DNA of 63,412 nt, filler included, from Octopus bimaculoides (Eukaryota): NCBI RefSeq assembly GCF_001194135.2. It is 5 parts of 4 records of this genome, joined end to end, with 100 filler letters (N's around TTAATTAATTAA, not from the genome) between each part and the next. Parts side by side here need not be neighbours in the genome. Positions count along the whole stretch, not along the records: positions 44,855 to 58,346 come from NC_069003.1; positions 58,447 to 63,412 come from NC_068996.1; 3 more parts are not named here. One strand, 5' to 3'. Below are positions 50,653 through 63,412 of the stretch, one piece after another. The first letter of the stretch is position 1; each line of letters begins with the position of its first letter. Both the position numbers and the translations under genes were made by a program. The notes beneath the pieces were generated by a model. That model made no database searches. It saw nothing but the letters and a program-made list of their open reading frames with translations, and was not told the DNA's origin.

Positions 50653-52607
50653 CCGGGGTTTTCCGAAAATCCGCCCATTCATTAGATCGCCCATGGGTGG
50701 CTATTTGTAGTTAAAAGTTGAAACAGAGTTAGTGTTCTTGTTTGCATTCTGTTTAGACATTCATTTGCTCTACATCTGTAGATAAATTCAAAGGATTTTT
50801 ATTCCTAATAATGGAGTCAAAAGAAAATATATCAAAATGTGTTCAACGATCATATACCATTAGTGAAAACTTGAGTACTGTTAAACGAGCGAAAGAACAT
50901 TCTGGTCATTTATCTGCTGTGTCAAGAGACTTAGGTATTGATAGAAAACGATTGAGAGAATGGTGCACAAAAGAAACTGAGTTAATCAATATGCCAGACA
51001 AGAGAAGGCACAGATCAGTTGGTGGAGGCAGAAGACCAGCACATAGAGATCTAGAGACTGAACTCTTACAGTGGATTGTTGTTCAGCATGCAAACAATAT
51101 AATTGTAAATTATCACCATTTATGGGAATATACTTTTGAATTGGTAAAAAGGTTTGGAATTGAAATGAACAGCTTTAGATGTTCTGATAAATGGATTTTC
51201 AATTTCATGAAATGGAATAAACTGACTGAGAAAGATAACACATGTTGGTCAAAGAGACAATAAAACACTTGGAGAAAAGGCACAAATCGCCAGTGACTAT
51301 CTAGATAGCATTCCAGTATTAACAGCAGATAAGAATACTGACCAGATCTATAATATAGATGAAACACCTGCATACATTGACATGTTTAGTTCAACAACCA
51401 TAGATTTTGTTGGCAATAAAAATGTAGATGCTAGCCACTGTGGTGCTACCAAAGCTCGTTTTACTGCTGTGTTGTGTGCTAATGCTGCAGGAAAGGTGTT
51501 GAAAACAATGATTATCCTTAAAGGATTGAAAAACGTGCCTAAAATCAAGGTCCCAAAGAATATTTACATAACAGTCTCCAACAGGGGATCAATCACATGT
51601 GAACTCATGCAGTTGTGGGCTGACAGTGTTTGGGCAGAGAACAGCAGAACTGTTCCATGCTCAAAATTCAGTGCTGTTCATGGATGAATGCTCAGTGAAC
51701 AAGAAAACAGAGCTGCTAGAAGTGTTCAAACGTAGGAATACAATTCTCAAACTTATACCTCCTAAAACAGCATCTTACTTGCAGCCGTTAGATGTATCAA
51801 TTATTGGTCCTTTCAAGAAAGCCCTTCATGCTGAATGGGAAAATTGGCTTTCAAATGGCAAAAAGGAGTATACAAATAAAGAATATCGCAAAAAACCTTC
51901 TTATCAAGAGATAGTGAACTTTGTGGCCCAATCTGTTGCCACTTTAAATAAAGAAACTATAAAGCGTGGAATTGCTCCTCATGGACAGACTGTAGAACAT
52001 AGCTTCTTAAACTCACACTTACAGGATGTTTTGTCTGGCCTAGAGGTAAATGCACCAGATGCACATAATGACAAAATTGAAGAAGAAGATGAGATACAAG
52101 TAAGTGAAATTTGCTCTGATGTGAATTATGGCCAAGCAACAAATGAAGAAATTTGTGATATTTAACTTGAAACTGTTCAGTCATTATTCTACCATAAATG
52201 CCCAAGGACATTATTTGTTCATACGAGGCTTCTATTCATGTTTTCAACAGTTTAATTTTCAGTATTTCCTAATAGCTCCATTGTTAAATTTAGAATATTT
52301 TTTTAATATGCTACTTCTTTTAAAGCTGTTTCAGTTTTTTTTATGTCTATATATCTGATAACTGAAACGATAGAAGTTCAATGGAATTGTATGAAATAAA
52401 TATGGTTTTTGGGAATATCTTTGTTTTTCCTAGGTGAAATATTTTACTTCCATATTACTGCCCATGGGCGCTTATTATAGGTGGGCAGTTATTTAAGCCA
52501 AAAAATAGTTTTGTAAAATAGGTGGGCAGTTATTTAAGCCAAAAAATAGTTTTGTAAAATAGAATTTTCCATTTAACAGCCCTGGGCAGATTTTCGGAAA
52601 ACCCTGG
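50653..52607 (+). mobile_element. Full-length Passer/pogo-family (DD35D) DNA transposon
   Basis: TIRs CCGGGGTTTTCCGAAAATCCGCCCA and (rc) CCAGGGTTTTCCGAAAATCTGCCCA, flanked by TA on both sides (50651-52 and 52608-09). Encodes a frameshifted transposase. 41-bp internal tandem duplication at 52477-52560. Confidence 0.9.
50811..52165 (+). pseudogene. Pogo-type transposase, two frameshifts
   Basis: N-terminal HTH domains (Brinker-like and CENP-B-like, 50811-51263); IYNIDETP (first D) near 51346-51369; LFMD...LQPLD with 35 residues between the second and third D in ORF 51599-52165. Confidence 0.88.
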
Positions 52608-54729
52608 TATTAGTTGTAAAGAATATTTCCCCATAACAAGGAGACCAAAAAACTTGTAGAAATAAGAAGATCCATCCACAGTCATCAAGAAAACTTCCTT
52701 AACACCTTTAGCATTCAGATTACTCTGTCAAATGTAATGCTTATTTATTCATAGTGCTTGGAATTATGCATAATCTCACAGCTTTGAAATTTTAATGATA
52801 TGATTGTTCATTTTTAGAATGACATTGTAGGGTAGATATGAGAGGCCAGATCTAGCTGGTTTGAACATAAAATAGGTAGGATATTTGAGCCGGATATGGC
52901 TGGTTTAAATGCTAAATGGTTTAAAGTAAGATAATGCTATTTTCTCTTAGTTCTTTGAGTATGTACACAGCACAATGGCTGAAGATCTTTTCATGAAAGA
53001 TTACAAACTAACAACACCCTATAGAGAGGGCAACAGAAAAACCTCTCATATTTTATATGACCATTGGTGTGGTGCTGGGGAAGTTAGGTAGGTAGTAATA
53101 CTGAGAAGTAATATTTATCCCCGCTTAAACATGAATGTTCTGTCAGAACAAACTATACTTCGGTAGATAGCATGAGAGAAACTCTCATATCTTTTGCTGC
53201 AAACTGTATTCTTGTTTATATTGCTAGAGGAGAGATAAATCTCTGCCATCCCCAGCACCAAGACCACTAGATCACATGATTTCTATTCTCCTTGGTTTCA
53301 TCACTGATGGATGCTTGAGTGCTAGAGATAGCAGCGACTCATCTCCTCACTAGCAATATATAGAAAAACAGTGTTTGAACAGGTGCTGGTATCATGATTA
53401 GCCAGTGAGTTTGTTAAAAATTATATATTAGCAATAGAGGTAGTATTAATACCAAGAGGTAATACTTATTCCCACTTAAACATGGATGTTCTTTTTATCT
53501 TTTACCCTTTACTTGTTTCAGTCATTTAGACTGTGGCCATGCTGGGGCGCCACCTTGAAGAATTTTTAATAGAATGTATCAATCCCAGTACTTACTTTTT
53601 ATAAACCTGGTACTTATTCTATCAGTCACTTATGATGAACCGCTAAGTATAGGACAAGCTATTACTTCTAGTAAAGTAAAGAATAAGAAACTTTTTACTT
53701 AAAATATTGCACCTAAAATTAAAATTTGAATATTAAAAATTATTTTATTATAGTTTGCAAATAAGACTACACTTATTTAAGCAGAATTTGGCTAATTTAC
53801 TACCTTAAATATAGAAAAGAGTGACTAATCAGACAAACTTACAAATTAGCTGAAACAGTTTTGTACAATATATTCAAAAGATGAGAACTTTTAGAGTGAT
53901 AAATTAGAAGAACTGGCATTCTTTGCTGCAATACTCTAAGTAAAGATTTTCTTATAATTTACTTTACTAGAAGTAATAGTTTGTCCTATACTTTTGCAGG
54001 TGTAATAACTTGTCCTGTACTTTTCCAGGTTTATAATCTTAAGAATATGACTTTGTATGCTCGCATTTTTCCATGTAATATATATATATGAGCAGATGTC
54101 TGTGTATTTGTATGTCTGTGCATAATGTCAATGAGAAAGTGAGAGAGGAGAGAAAGAAACAGAGAAGTAAAATGAGGAAGTGGCTCTTTACCTCTCCTCA
54201 TCCATCTCCTCATTCGTCACAACGTTTTTCGATAGAGGGAGAAATGTAAATAGTGTGTGTGAGTGAGTTAGAAAGAGAGAGAGGGAGTGAAAGAAACAGA
54301 CATAGACTAAAAGAGAGGAACTGTTACAGAGGGTGAGAGAAAATATGTGTGAGCAAGAGAAACACAGAATGAGAAAAAGATAGAGAAGAGAGAGAGAGAG
54401 AGAGAAAACAAGTTTCTATAGAAGTTGAAAGAGAGAGGGATAGTGGGGAGAGAGAGAGAGAGACACTGATGTTTGATACTGTATGTTTTATAGGTGAAGG
54501 TGAAAAAAAACCCGACATAGAGAGAAGGGGAATCAGAAGAGAAGGAGACACCGATGTTTGATAATGTGTGTGTATGTGAGTGTGTGCATGCGTGTGTGCA
54601 CATGTGGCATTCCACAATTGTCATTTATTTCAATCACTCTTGTGAAGATATTCATGCAACTGTCATTCATTTTTCTATCTAATCCCTATTTTAATTTTCA
54701 AAAGAGTTTCCGAGAAAAATGTTCTCACT

Positions 54730-55345
54730 CTATACAAGAGGAGACGGAGTAGATGTAGATGACCAGTATTCTACAGTGAAGCAAAGACAGGTACAAGTAA
54801 CCAGAGTAAGGTCACAAGAGACCCCTGCACAACAACAGCAAAGACAAAGAAAACAACCGAAGGAGAGCTGCTGCATGCAGGGCCAATGAGTCACAAGAGG
54901 CATGGGAAAAACAGTTAGAACAATTACATCAACAAAATGCAATCCACAGGGGCCAAGAGTCAAAAATGGAAAGAGAAAAACGTTTAAAGGATGCAAGACA
55001 AAGACAAACTGCCAGAGTTGCCAATGGGACAATAGATCAGCAAGAGATGACACAAAGAAAAAACCAGGAGCAAACAGTTGCTGCAAGACTTCGCCAATCC
55101 TCAGAGGAAAGACATAAGCGTCTTGATCAAGATAGGCTGAATACATTAGACAAAAGAGATGCACCTTCAACATATGTGATAGAATTTATTTCCCTTCATA
55201 AAAGTTCAGAATTGATTTCATTATGTATCGCAATTGAAAAATAAATTGAATTTAGAATAACAACTTTTTATACAACATACTTTGCTTTTTTCTTCTAATA
55301 TATACGGAACAATTTCATTCCCCGGCAATGCTGGGTGCCTCTATA
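54730..55345 (+). mobile_element. Non-autonomous Helitron-like remnant
   Basis: Broken ORF with charged repeats like those at the N-terminus of Helitron RepHel (ETPAQQQQRQ; EREKRLKDARQRQ; SSEERHKRLDQDR), followed by a degenerate 3' hairpin ccccggcaatgctggg at about 55320. Confidence 0.5.
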
Positions 55346-57279
55346 TGTATGTGTGTGTGTGTGTGTATGTATACATATATACAAGGGCTCCTTTTAGTTT
55401 CCATCTACCAAATTCACTCACAAGGCTTTGGTCAGCCTGAGGCTATAGTAGAAGACACTTGCTCAAGGTGTCACACATTGGGACTGAACCTGGAACCATG
55501 TGGTTGGGAAGCAAACTTCTTATCATACAGTCACGTCTGTGTTAGAACAAACTATACTGTGGTAGATAGCATAAGAGAAACTCTCATGTTATCTTTTGGT
55601 GCAAACTGTACTCTTGTTTATATTGCTAGCAGGAAGATAAATCCCTGCCATCTCCAGCGCCAAGACCACCAGATCACATGATTTCTACCCTCCTTGGTCT
55701 CTTCAGTGATGGACACTTGAGTGCTAGAGATAGCAGCAACTCATCTCCCTGCAAGCAATGTATAGAAAATCAATGCCAGGATAGGTGCTGGCTAAGATGG
55801 TAATAGTGACTTCATGTAGCTAATGTTTTATCATACTTTTTCAGTTACCATCAAGGTTCGAACTGATACATACCATGTGTTTACTGTTGAAATTTTTATC
55901 ATAAATAGTGAATCAGAAGCTTTTTTTTTTTTTTGTCACACCCTTTATATATGAGGGTGACGCTCAATTACAACTGGGACATGATATTAAGACGTGTATA
56001 TATAAATCTTTTATCTTTTACTTGTTTCAGTCATTTAAAAGCAGCTATGCTAGGGAACCACCTTGAAAGGTTTTAGTGGAGCAAATCAACCTGGGGACAT
56101 TTTTTTTAAGCATAGCACTTATTTTTTTATTGGTTTTTTTTGCCAAACCAGTAAGTTACAGGGATGTAAACACACCAACATCAGTTGTCAAGCAGTGGTG
56201 GGAGACAAACACAGACACACACATGCACATATGCACACACATATATATCTGACAGGCTTCTTTCAGTTTCCATCTACCAAATCCACTCACAAGTCTTTTA
56301 TTGTCCCAAGGCTATAGTAGATGACATTCAATCAAGATGCCACTCAGTGGAACTGAACCCTAAACCATATAGTTGGAAAGCAAGCATCTTACCACACATC
56401 CACGAAATATCTTCTTATGCACTATAAGACGATATTTGAAGCATACTTTATACATATATCACAATGTCCCCATACATTTCAAGTCAACGACCATGACAAA
56501 AGTAAAAGAAAGCAGAGAAAGAAGAGGGAAATAAGGGGGAATAGGTGTAATAGTATTCTAGTCATAAACTTGCATGAAACATTCATAAACTTGTACGAAC
56601 TGAACTGAATTTGAATGTGACTAACAAACCATTACGATTTTGACACCTCCAGAAATAAAAAGGATATAACAGATTATGTGTGTTTCTTTTAAATGGCTAT
56701 GATGGTTCTTTCACAATGTAACCGCTTTAGTTGCAACACATAGTTTCAGATTAACACACTTATCAAAACAACAATTTCGATAATGTATGTATGTGTGTAT
56801 GTATGTATGTACGTACGTAGGTAGGTACGTACGTATGTATGCATGTCAGTGTTCAGTTTTATTTCAAGATTTCTTTGCAATAGAGAAAGGGCGGGTTTTT
56901 AACCTAGATCCATGGCTCCTTCATTGGAATTTCAACATCAACAGGGTATTTTTCTATGTATGTATGTATATGTGCAGATTTGTATATTTTATTTTATGTA
57001 TGTATTCTCATGCTTATAGTTGCATGTCTAGACATGCTCTTAACATGTATGTATGTATGCATGTATCTATGTATATATGTACACACTTACCTGTGAATGT
57101 TTGTATGTAGTGTGCGTTGTGTGTGTGTGTGTGTGTGTGTGTGTATGGGAACATCTTATATATAAGCTTTAGAAGCACTGAGTGTGTTGGCATTTTACAG
57201 TCAAGAAAGTAAATTTCAAACGCATTCATCCTCAGAAGACGGAAAATAAAGTTGCCACTAGGAAACTAGACTGTCAACT

Positions 57280-57990
57280 AGACAATGGCTGGGAGATAAC
57301 AGTTTACTCAAAGTAGCCAGCCTCGGTCTCCCCCACAGCATCAAGATGGCTCCAGAACCTGGCACATGCATTCCTTACTGTGTCCCTGAGAAGATCTTTG
57401 AACACCTCCTTAATCTTGGTCACCAGCTCGGCCTTAGAGTTGCAGAAAGAGCGGTTGGTGCTTTTCTCAACCACACCTCACACATAGTAATCCATAGGCC
57501 TACAACTGGAGGAATTAGGAGGTGAGAAACTGGTGAAGTTGTAGAAATTCTCCTACAACCATCTCTGACTCTTTCTGGAGATATGGCAAGGAGCCAAATC
57601 TTGCTGCCACACATATAGCTTTTCAGCAGCAACTCTCCCCATCCAGACTTTAACCACAGTTTCCAGCAGCTTCACATAGCTCTCTGAACTGAGCCTAAGG
57701 TCCTGTTCTGCAGGTAAAAGATGAATTTTGGCATGCAAACACCAGCTGTCCCCCCTCCTGCAGACAATGGCTTCATAGTCTCCATTGCAGCTGTCCATGT
57801 CACATCTTCCAGTGTTTACAGCGTTCACAATGCACTGAACAGCAGTCATGAAGTCAGTGTTTTGATTCAGGGAGCTCTTTTCAAATATTCAGCTGGCTTC
57901 CAGTCTTCCATGTGAGTTAGCTTCTTCCCAGCTACAATTTTGATCTTTATGCTCTCCAACGCCATTGTCTATTCACCAATATATGAAGCT
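57280..57990 (-). mobile_element. Tc1/mariner maT-like degenerate transposase fragment, same family as 5288-5660
   Basis: YVKLLETVVKVWMGRVAAEKLYVWQQDLAPCHISRKSQRWL followed by PPNS..C.PMDYYV; several stops and frameshifts. Confidence 0.8.
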
Positions 57991-58446
57991 GTTCCAGAAA
58001 AAAGGAGACATAAACAAATCAAATTTAACCCAAACATCTTGTGTGTATAGATATATATATATATGTGTGAATAAAAATAAATACAAAAAAAGGGTTTTGT
58101 ATGATCGTGTATAGAGGAATATATTATTTTATTTAAAAGAGTTCCAACTCTGTCTGCTTTTTATGTTTTTTATTTATATTCTTGTAAAATTAATGTGGGA
58201 TATAGAATATGGAATATATAATATATAATATAAAAAAAGATGGATGGTACAATGAAATGAAGTATTGAATGTCTTATTGAATATATGGAATATGTCTTAT
58301 TGAATATATGAAATATTGAGTGTTCAATATAAAGGATTAAATATATNNNNNNNNNNNNNNNNNNNNNNNNNNNNNNNNNNNNNNNNNNNNTTAATTAATT
58401 AANNNNNNNNNNNNNNNNNNNNNNNNNNNNNNNNNNNNNNNNNNNN

Positions 58447-58486
<40 letters not shown>

Positions 58487-58927
58487 ATATATATATATAT
58501 ATGTATATGTATATATATATATACGTGTCTTTGTGTCCCTGTTTGTCCCTCACCACCGCTTGACAATCGGTGTTAGTGTGTTTACATCCAATAACTTAGC
58601 GGTTCTGCGAAAGAGAACGATAGAATAAGTATCAGGTTAAAAAAAATACTCGAATTGTTTCGTTCGGCTAATATCCTTCAAGGTGGCGTCCAAGCATGGC
58701 CACAGACTGAGACATGTAAAAGAATAAAAGAACAGAAGAATATAATTTACACATGTATATATATATATTAAAAAAAAACAACAACTGACCACCGTAAAGT
58801 GTCCGTCTCGCAAATTGTCTCATTATGCATTGTTCGTCCGGTGTAAAGCGTGTACGTATACGCTGAATTGCTTAACGCGTTGAATTTGTGCTGTGAACGT
58901 TTTGTAAGTGTATTGAGAGGAGTTTCT

Positions 58928-59163
58928 TTCTTATTTCTTTATTGCCCACAAGGGGCTAAACATAGATGGGACAAACAAGGACAGACAAATGGATTAAGTC
59001 GATTACCTCGACGCCAGTGCGTAACTGGTACTTAATTTATCGATCCCGAAAGGATGAAAGGCAAAGTCGACCTCGGCGGAATTTGAACTCAGAACGTAAC
59101 GGCAGACGAAATACTGCTAAGCATTTCGCCCGGCGTTCTAACGATTCTGCCAGCTCGCCGCCT
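58928..59163 (-). mobile_element. SINE family B, young full-length copy
   Basis: Near-identical to the 37500-37727 copy. Other copies at about 3470-3660(+), 3790-3990(-), 12048-12248(-), 12650-12800(+), 21165-21375(+), 25020-25220(-), 36540-37080 (degenerate cluster), 46080-46218(-), 46690-46960(-), 48680-48790(-) and 50220-50435(-). Confidence 0.85.
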
Positions 59164-60837
59164 TAATTGAGAAGACTTTCTGTTGAACAAATGCAACATA
59201 TGTTGTTTCTGCTGCGTAGTTTAATTTTTGGCCATACTTGGTTAAAAGCCGTAACCAAACTGTAATTTTAAGACTATCTCAGACTATATTATTCAATTGC
59301 ATCCATGTCTCCAGTTTCATAACTATGTAGGTGTTATTTGAGGGAGATTTTGGTACATCTTCTGGGGGAGGGGTTTATCGTTCATGTAAAGTTTCTGTTT
59401 CGGCTTGAAACAAGTAAATTGGAGGAGGGGATGGAGTAAACGATGTAGTCACGAAATACTGAAAGCACAAGATCCGCCGCTCAGAATACGTCGTATGGTT
59501 CACTGATAACTGGTGTAACCTTTCAGTCTTCGTACGTTGCCTCAGAGTTCAAAGAGATAACTCGGAAGATTTCCAAAACGATGAGAAGACGACGTTAATT
59601 GAACATTACGAAATGGAAGAAAAGGTCACAATTTAGGGAAGTGTGGAATCGCATTGTGACCAGCGATATTCAAGATCTTCTGAGAGTCTGATGGGGGAAG
59701 AAAATTTAAGATCTGTGATTGTAATGAAACGTGTAGGTCACCAGACGTGCGAGTTGGTTGAATACGTCTTGTGAAATCAATACGGTACCCAATATAACGA
59801 TATAATTCGTGAAATGTGTGCAGTACTTAAGAGAGATATGTAATGAGTAAAATGTGTACGATACCTAACAGAGTGTTATAATTAATGAAATGTTACCGAA
59901 GCAAAAGAGATTCAAAATGCCATTTATAATAGCTGTCTCCATTACCATAGAGATGTTAGAGGAGAAATGAAAATAGCGATAGTTGGCAAGTTTAGACAGC
60001 ATGGGTTTTTTTTAATTTTTAAATTTTTTTTTTAGGTGTGCTTTCAAGTGTCAGGACATATCTTTATAGGCAGAGACAGACTAAAGTTTGGTGACTATAG
60101 AAGCAAGTTCAGGAGAGGAACGCTTGATTGTATTGTAATTAAAGATTTTACGACCTATATTTTAATTATAGCTGCTGTTTTTATTCTTAAACCTGTCGCA
60201 CATATTTGTTTTATTCCTAACGGAAGAGATATTCCTACTTTTCAAAGCTTTTTATCTATCTTATCCGATTGTCACATTCAGTCGTTTTTAGAAAAAAGAT
60301 ATTCCAGTACAGGAGGATTCGATTTTAGTCTGTGTCTATGAGGTCATCTAGAGAGCAGATTGTGAGAAAAACAAATATAAGAACTATATAATAATTGTGT
60401 AATTCTATAAAAATGAGGAAAATATATCGACATTTCGGGTTATACTTCTTTGCCAGAACAGAGTGAGTGAGAAAATTTCCACAATAGTTTTTTCTTTCTT
60501 TAAACTAAACATGAATATTGTATCACTGTTGAAGGCTCCCAAACCGGGTGACGATTTAAATCTATTGTCCAAGAATAGGAACGGTTTTTTCCTCTAACTA
60601 GCTTCCTCGTAATTTCTATGTAGCCAATGATAAGTTACTGGAATCAAAATTCTTGATTACTAAATACTTTGAAGATGAAACTCCAAAGTTGTGAAGGGAT
60701 CCTCTCAACCACAAATTCGTACATGCCCCTGCTTATTACGTAGTATTTTCTAATCAGCAGGGCAAAGATTTAGTTGCAGACATTTTATTTATTTACTTCT
60801 TACTCTTTGTCTCTTTTACTTTTTTACTTGTTTACTT

Positions 60838-61243
60838 TTTTACTTGTTTCAGTTATTTGACTGTGGCCATGCTGGAGCACCACCTTTAGTCGAGCAACTC
60901 GACCCCAGGACTTATTCTTTGGAAGCCTAGTACTTATTCTATCGGTCTCTTTAGCCGAACCGCTAAGTTACGGGGACGTAAACACACCAGCATCGGTTGT
61001 CAAGCGATGTTGTGGGGAGGGACAAACACAGACACACAAACATATACACGCACATGCACATATATATATATACATATATACGACGGGCTTCTTTCAGTTT
61101 CCGTTTACCAAATTCACTCAGAAGGCTTTGGTCGGCCCGATGCTACAGTAAAAGACACTTGCCCAAGGTACCACGCAGTGATAATGAACCCAGAACCATG
61201 TGGTTGGTAAGTAAGCTACTTACCACACAGCCACTCCTACGCC
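60838..61243 (-). mobile_element. SINE family A, full-length copy
   Basis: Same layout as 11318-11770. Other copies at about 1-185(+), 4606-5016(-), 7207-7598(-), 8371-8770(-), 15965-16100(-), 45618-46080(-), 49340-49480(+), 53500-53650(-), 55380-55530(-), 56015-56400(-), 58525-58735(+) and 63296-63405(-). Confidence 0.85.
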
Positions 61244-63412
61244 TTCTTCATTTTTTTTTCATTAAAAATTTTTTTTCTCTGTTATGTGTGAACTTATTAT
61301 TTCGAGAGAAATTAAGGTATGCAAATTTTGAAATATGTGACTATCAGTATAAACCTCATACTTTTAAGATATACTGGCATATAAACATTTTCGTCATTTA
61401 ATATTATTGGGAATAAACGAGAGGATATTATTCTGTATGTTGATCCCGCTAAAACGAGCAGGAAATATTTCCTCAAACCAACATCCATGCCTTTCCGAAA
61501 CAACACAGCCAATCCGCCCCCTATTTCACTATAGCTAAAAAAGATGTGTAAATCACAGTCAATAAAAATGGGGTGGGGGCAAAGATCATGTATTGGAAAT
61601 CCTAGTCCTGCCGATTCTAGTGCATCCATAGCGAGTGGAGTGGGGGAAGAAGAAGAAGAAGAAGAAGGGTTTACTGCATTAATGGTTTTTCTGCTGCCAA
61701 TCGGTTGTATCATTGTATCAAAACACCCTCTATGTATGGCATTCCCTAGAGGAACCATGAAAAAACGCGTTCGGCGCGCCGGAGTTTCAATAGAGGAAAC
61801 ACTCTCTCACATCTTCCTATACCTGTCGGTTGGTAGCCTTAGCTATTTCAAATCCTTGGGGACTTTTACTGTACTTTTATTGAAGGCTCGCCACCACCAA
61901 CACCACTATGTCTTCCCTTTGTAAGATGCCACTTTATAATTCTGTATTTTTCATTCTTACTACCAGAATGGATTCGTTGTTGTTGCTATTATTCTTGTGT
62001 GGTGAAGCTGTGTCTTTTATTGACGCTGTTGTTGCTGAGTTCGTTTCCTTCTCGCGTGTTTGTTGTTAATTCGTTTATTTATTGTATTTTTTTTTTTTTT
62101 TTTTGCTGTTGGTTGTTGTGATGGAAGTGGTGGTATATTTTTTGCATTTGTAGATTTAGCAGTCTTTGGTGTTAGCGTTTTATTCCTCCCTTTTTTTTTA
62201 TAGTTTCCTTGCATTTCTCGACTACTCCTCGTCCGCATGGTTAGAGGTTTTGGGATCGGAACACTTCTACTTGGACAGATTTCTTTATGTCCCCGTAAAT
62301 TAGCGATTTGGCATAAAAGAGACTGATAGACTATGTACCAGGCTTAAAAGAAAATAAATACGGGGGGGGGTCAATTCATTCGATTAGAAACAACGCGCTT
62401 CAAGGTGATGCTCCAGCCTGACCACAGTCTAATGCCTCTAACAGATATCTTTTCTTTTATCTGTATGTCAGTGTTTGTTCATTGAGGGAAGGAGGACAGT
62501 AAGTGCCAATTTGCGATATCCTCTGGGTGGTAGTTTTTATGCTGCAATCGATATTTTCTGTTACTTCAGTTATTAATGCTAACGAAGTAGATGATGATGA
62601 TGGTTGTGCTACGGTCTTTGCTGTTTCCACGGTTCTTGATCCTATTGTTGGAATTCCATTGTTGTCGGTGTTGTTGTTCTTATTGTTGCACATTGTTAAT
62701 GCTAGTTGCAGCTGTTACAACTGCTTCTGTTGTTGTCGTTTTTGCTCAGATGAAGTATCCTTGATTCTACGCCTGTACTTCATGATATTCCCTGATAAAT
62801 CTATTTCACCAAATATTATTAACTACTAAATCAAACACTGGATTCTACATTTATATTGCTACATCGTGGCGGCATGAAGCTCTGGCTGAGGTTACTACTC
62901 TTCCTACAACTTTGCTCCGGGCAACTAACTTATTACATCGGTTATTTTCCAGTTCCCATGCATGTCACATTATATCCTAACACTTACTACCGGTATATTT
63001 TCGTGTTTCAATTTCTTCTACGCCAACGTACATAAACGCATGCATATATACGTGAGTGTGCTTTCTTTTCTTATGCGTGTGAATTTAAGCATGTATAACT
63101 ATACATGTAACTTTGTTCACCTGTCTCATTTCGAACTGTTTCTGCAGCACGATTTTTTTTTGATTTTTGTCCTTACCTTTAAGTAACTTCCGGCATACGT
63201 TTAGATATATATATGCCGTTTGTAGGTATTTACACACACATGCGCACACACTCAAGCTCACGTACACACATATGTATGTACCTATGTATGTATTCTTTTA
63301 TTTGTTTCAGTCATTTGCTGGAGCACCGCCTTAAAGGGCTTTAGTCGAAGAAATTGACCCCAAGATTTATGCTTTGTAAGCCTAGTACTTATTCTATCGG
63401 ACTCTTATATAT

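Noticed and set aside
59300-60700. Faint LINE-like peptide traces on the minus strand (e.g. KTY...SHVW*P)
   Set aside because: Too degenerate to call without a profile search.

Overview
AT-rich, gappy eukaryotic genomic DNA with many (TA)n/(CA)n/(GA)n microsatellites and two abundant tRNA-derived SINE families. The repeat content looks like an octopus (cephalopod) genome; this is an inference from recalled repeat sequences, not from a search. Only two host-gene segments are supported, both on the + strand: the last coding exon of a glutathione peroxidase (1617-1823) and the first coding exon of an Rh-family ammonium transporter (ATG 20789, donor after 20948). I could not find the Rh exon 2 in the remaining 42 kb. 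The rest is mostly transposon debris: Penelope-like (GIY-YIG) fragments, R4/Dong-type RLE LINE pieces tied to (TAA)n tracts, a Tx1/L1 remnant, a MULE fragment, maT (DD37D) fragments, a full-length frameshifted Passer/pogo (DD35D) element with TIRs and TA TSD, piggyBac-like MITEs, a foldback MITE, Helitron pieces and a 166-bp solo-LTR-like insert. The most interesting signals are non-coding. (1) At least five type-I hammerhead-ribozyme motifs with palindromic helix III and unrelated stem sequences; one (30867-30952) has a perfect catalytic core on the Rh sense strand. (2) A full-length U6 snRNA copy whose 5' stem is conserved by paired substitutions, joined to a SINE head. (3) A candidate recursive splice site (43066-43091). 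Most ORFs in the supplied track are microsatellite or N-gap artefacts. All coordinates were counted by eye and may be off by a few bases.
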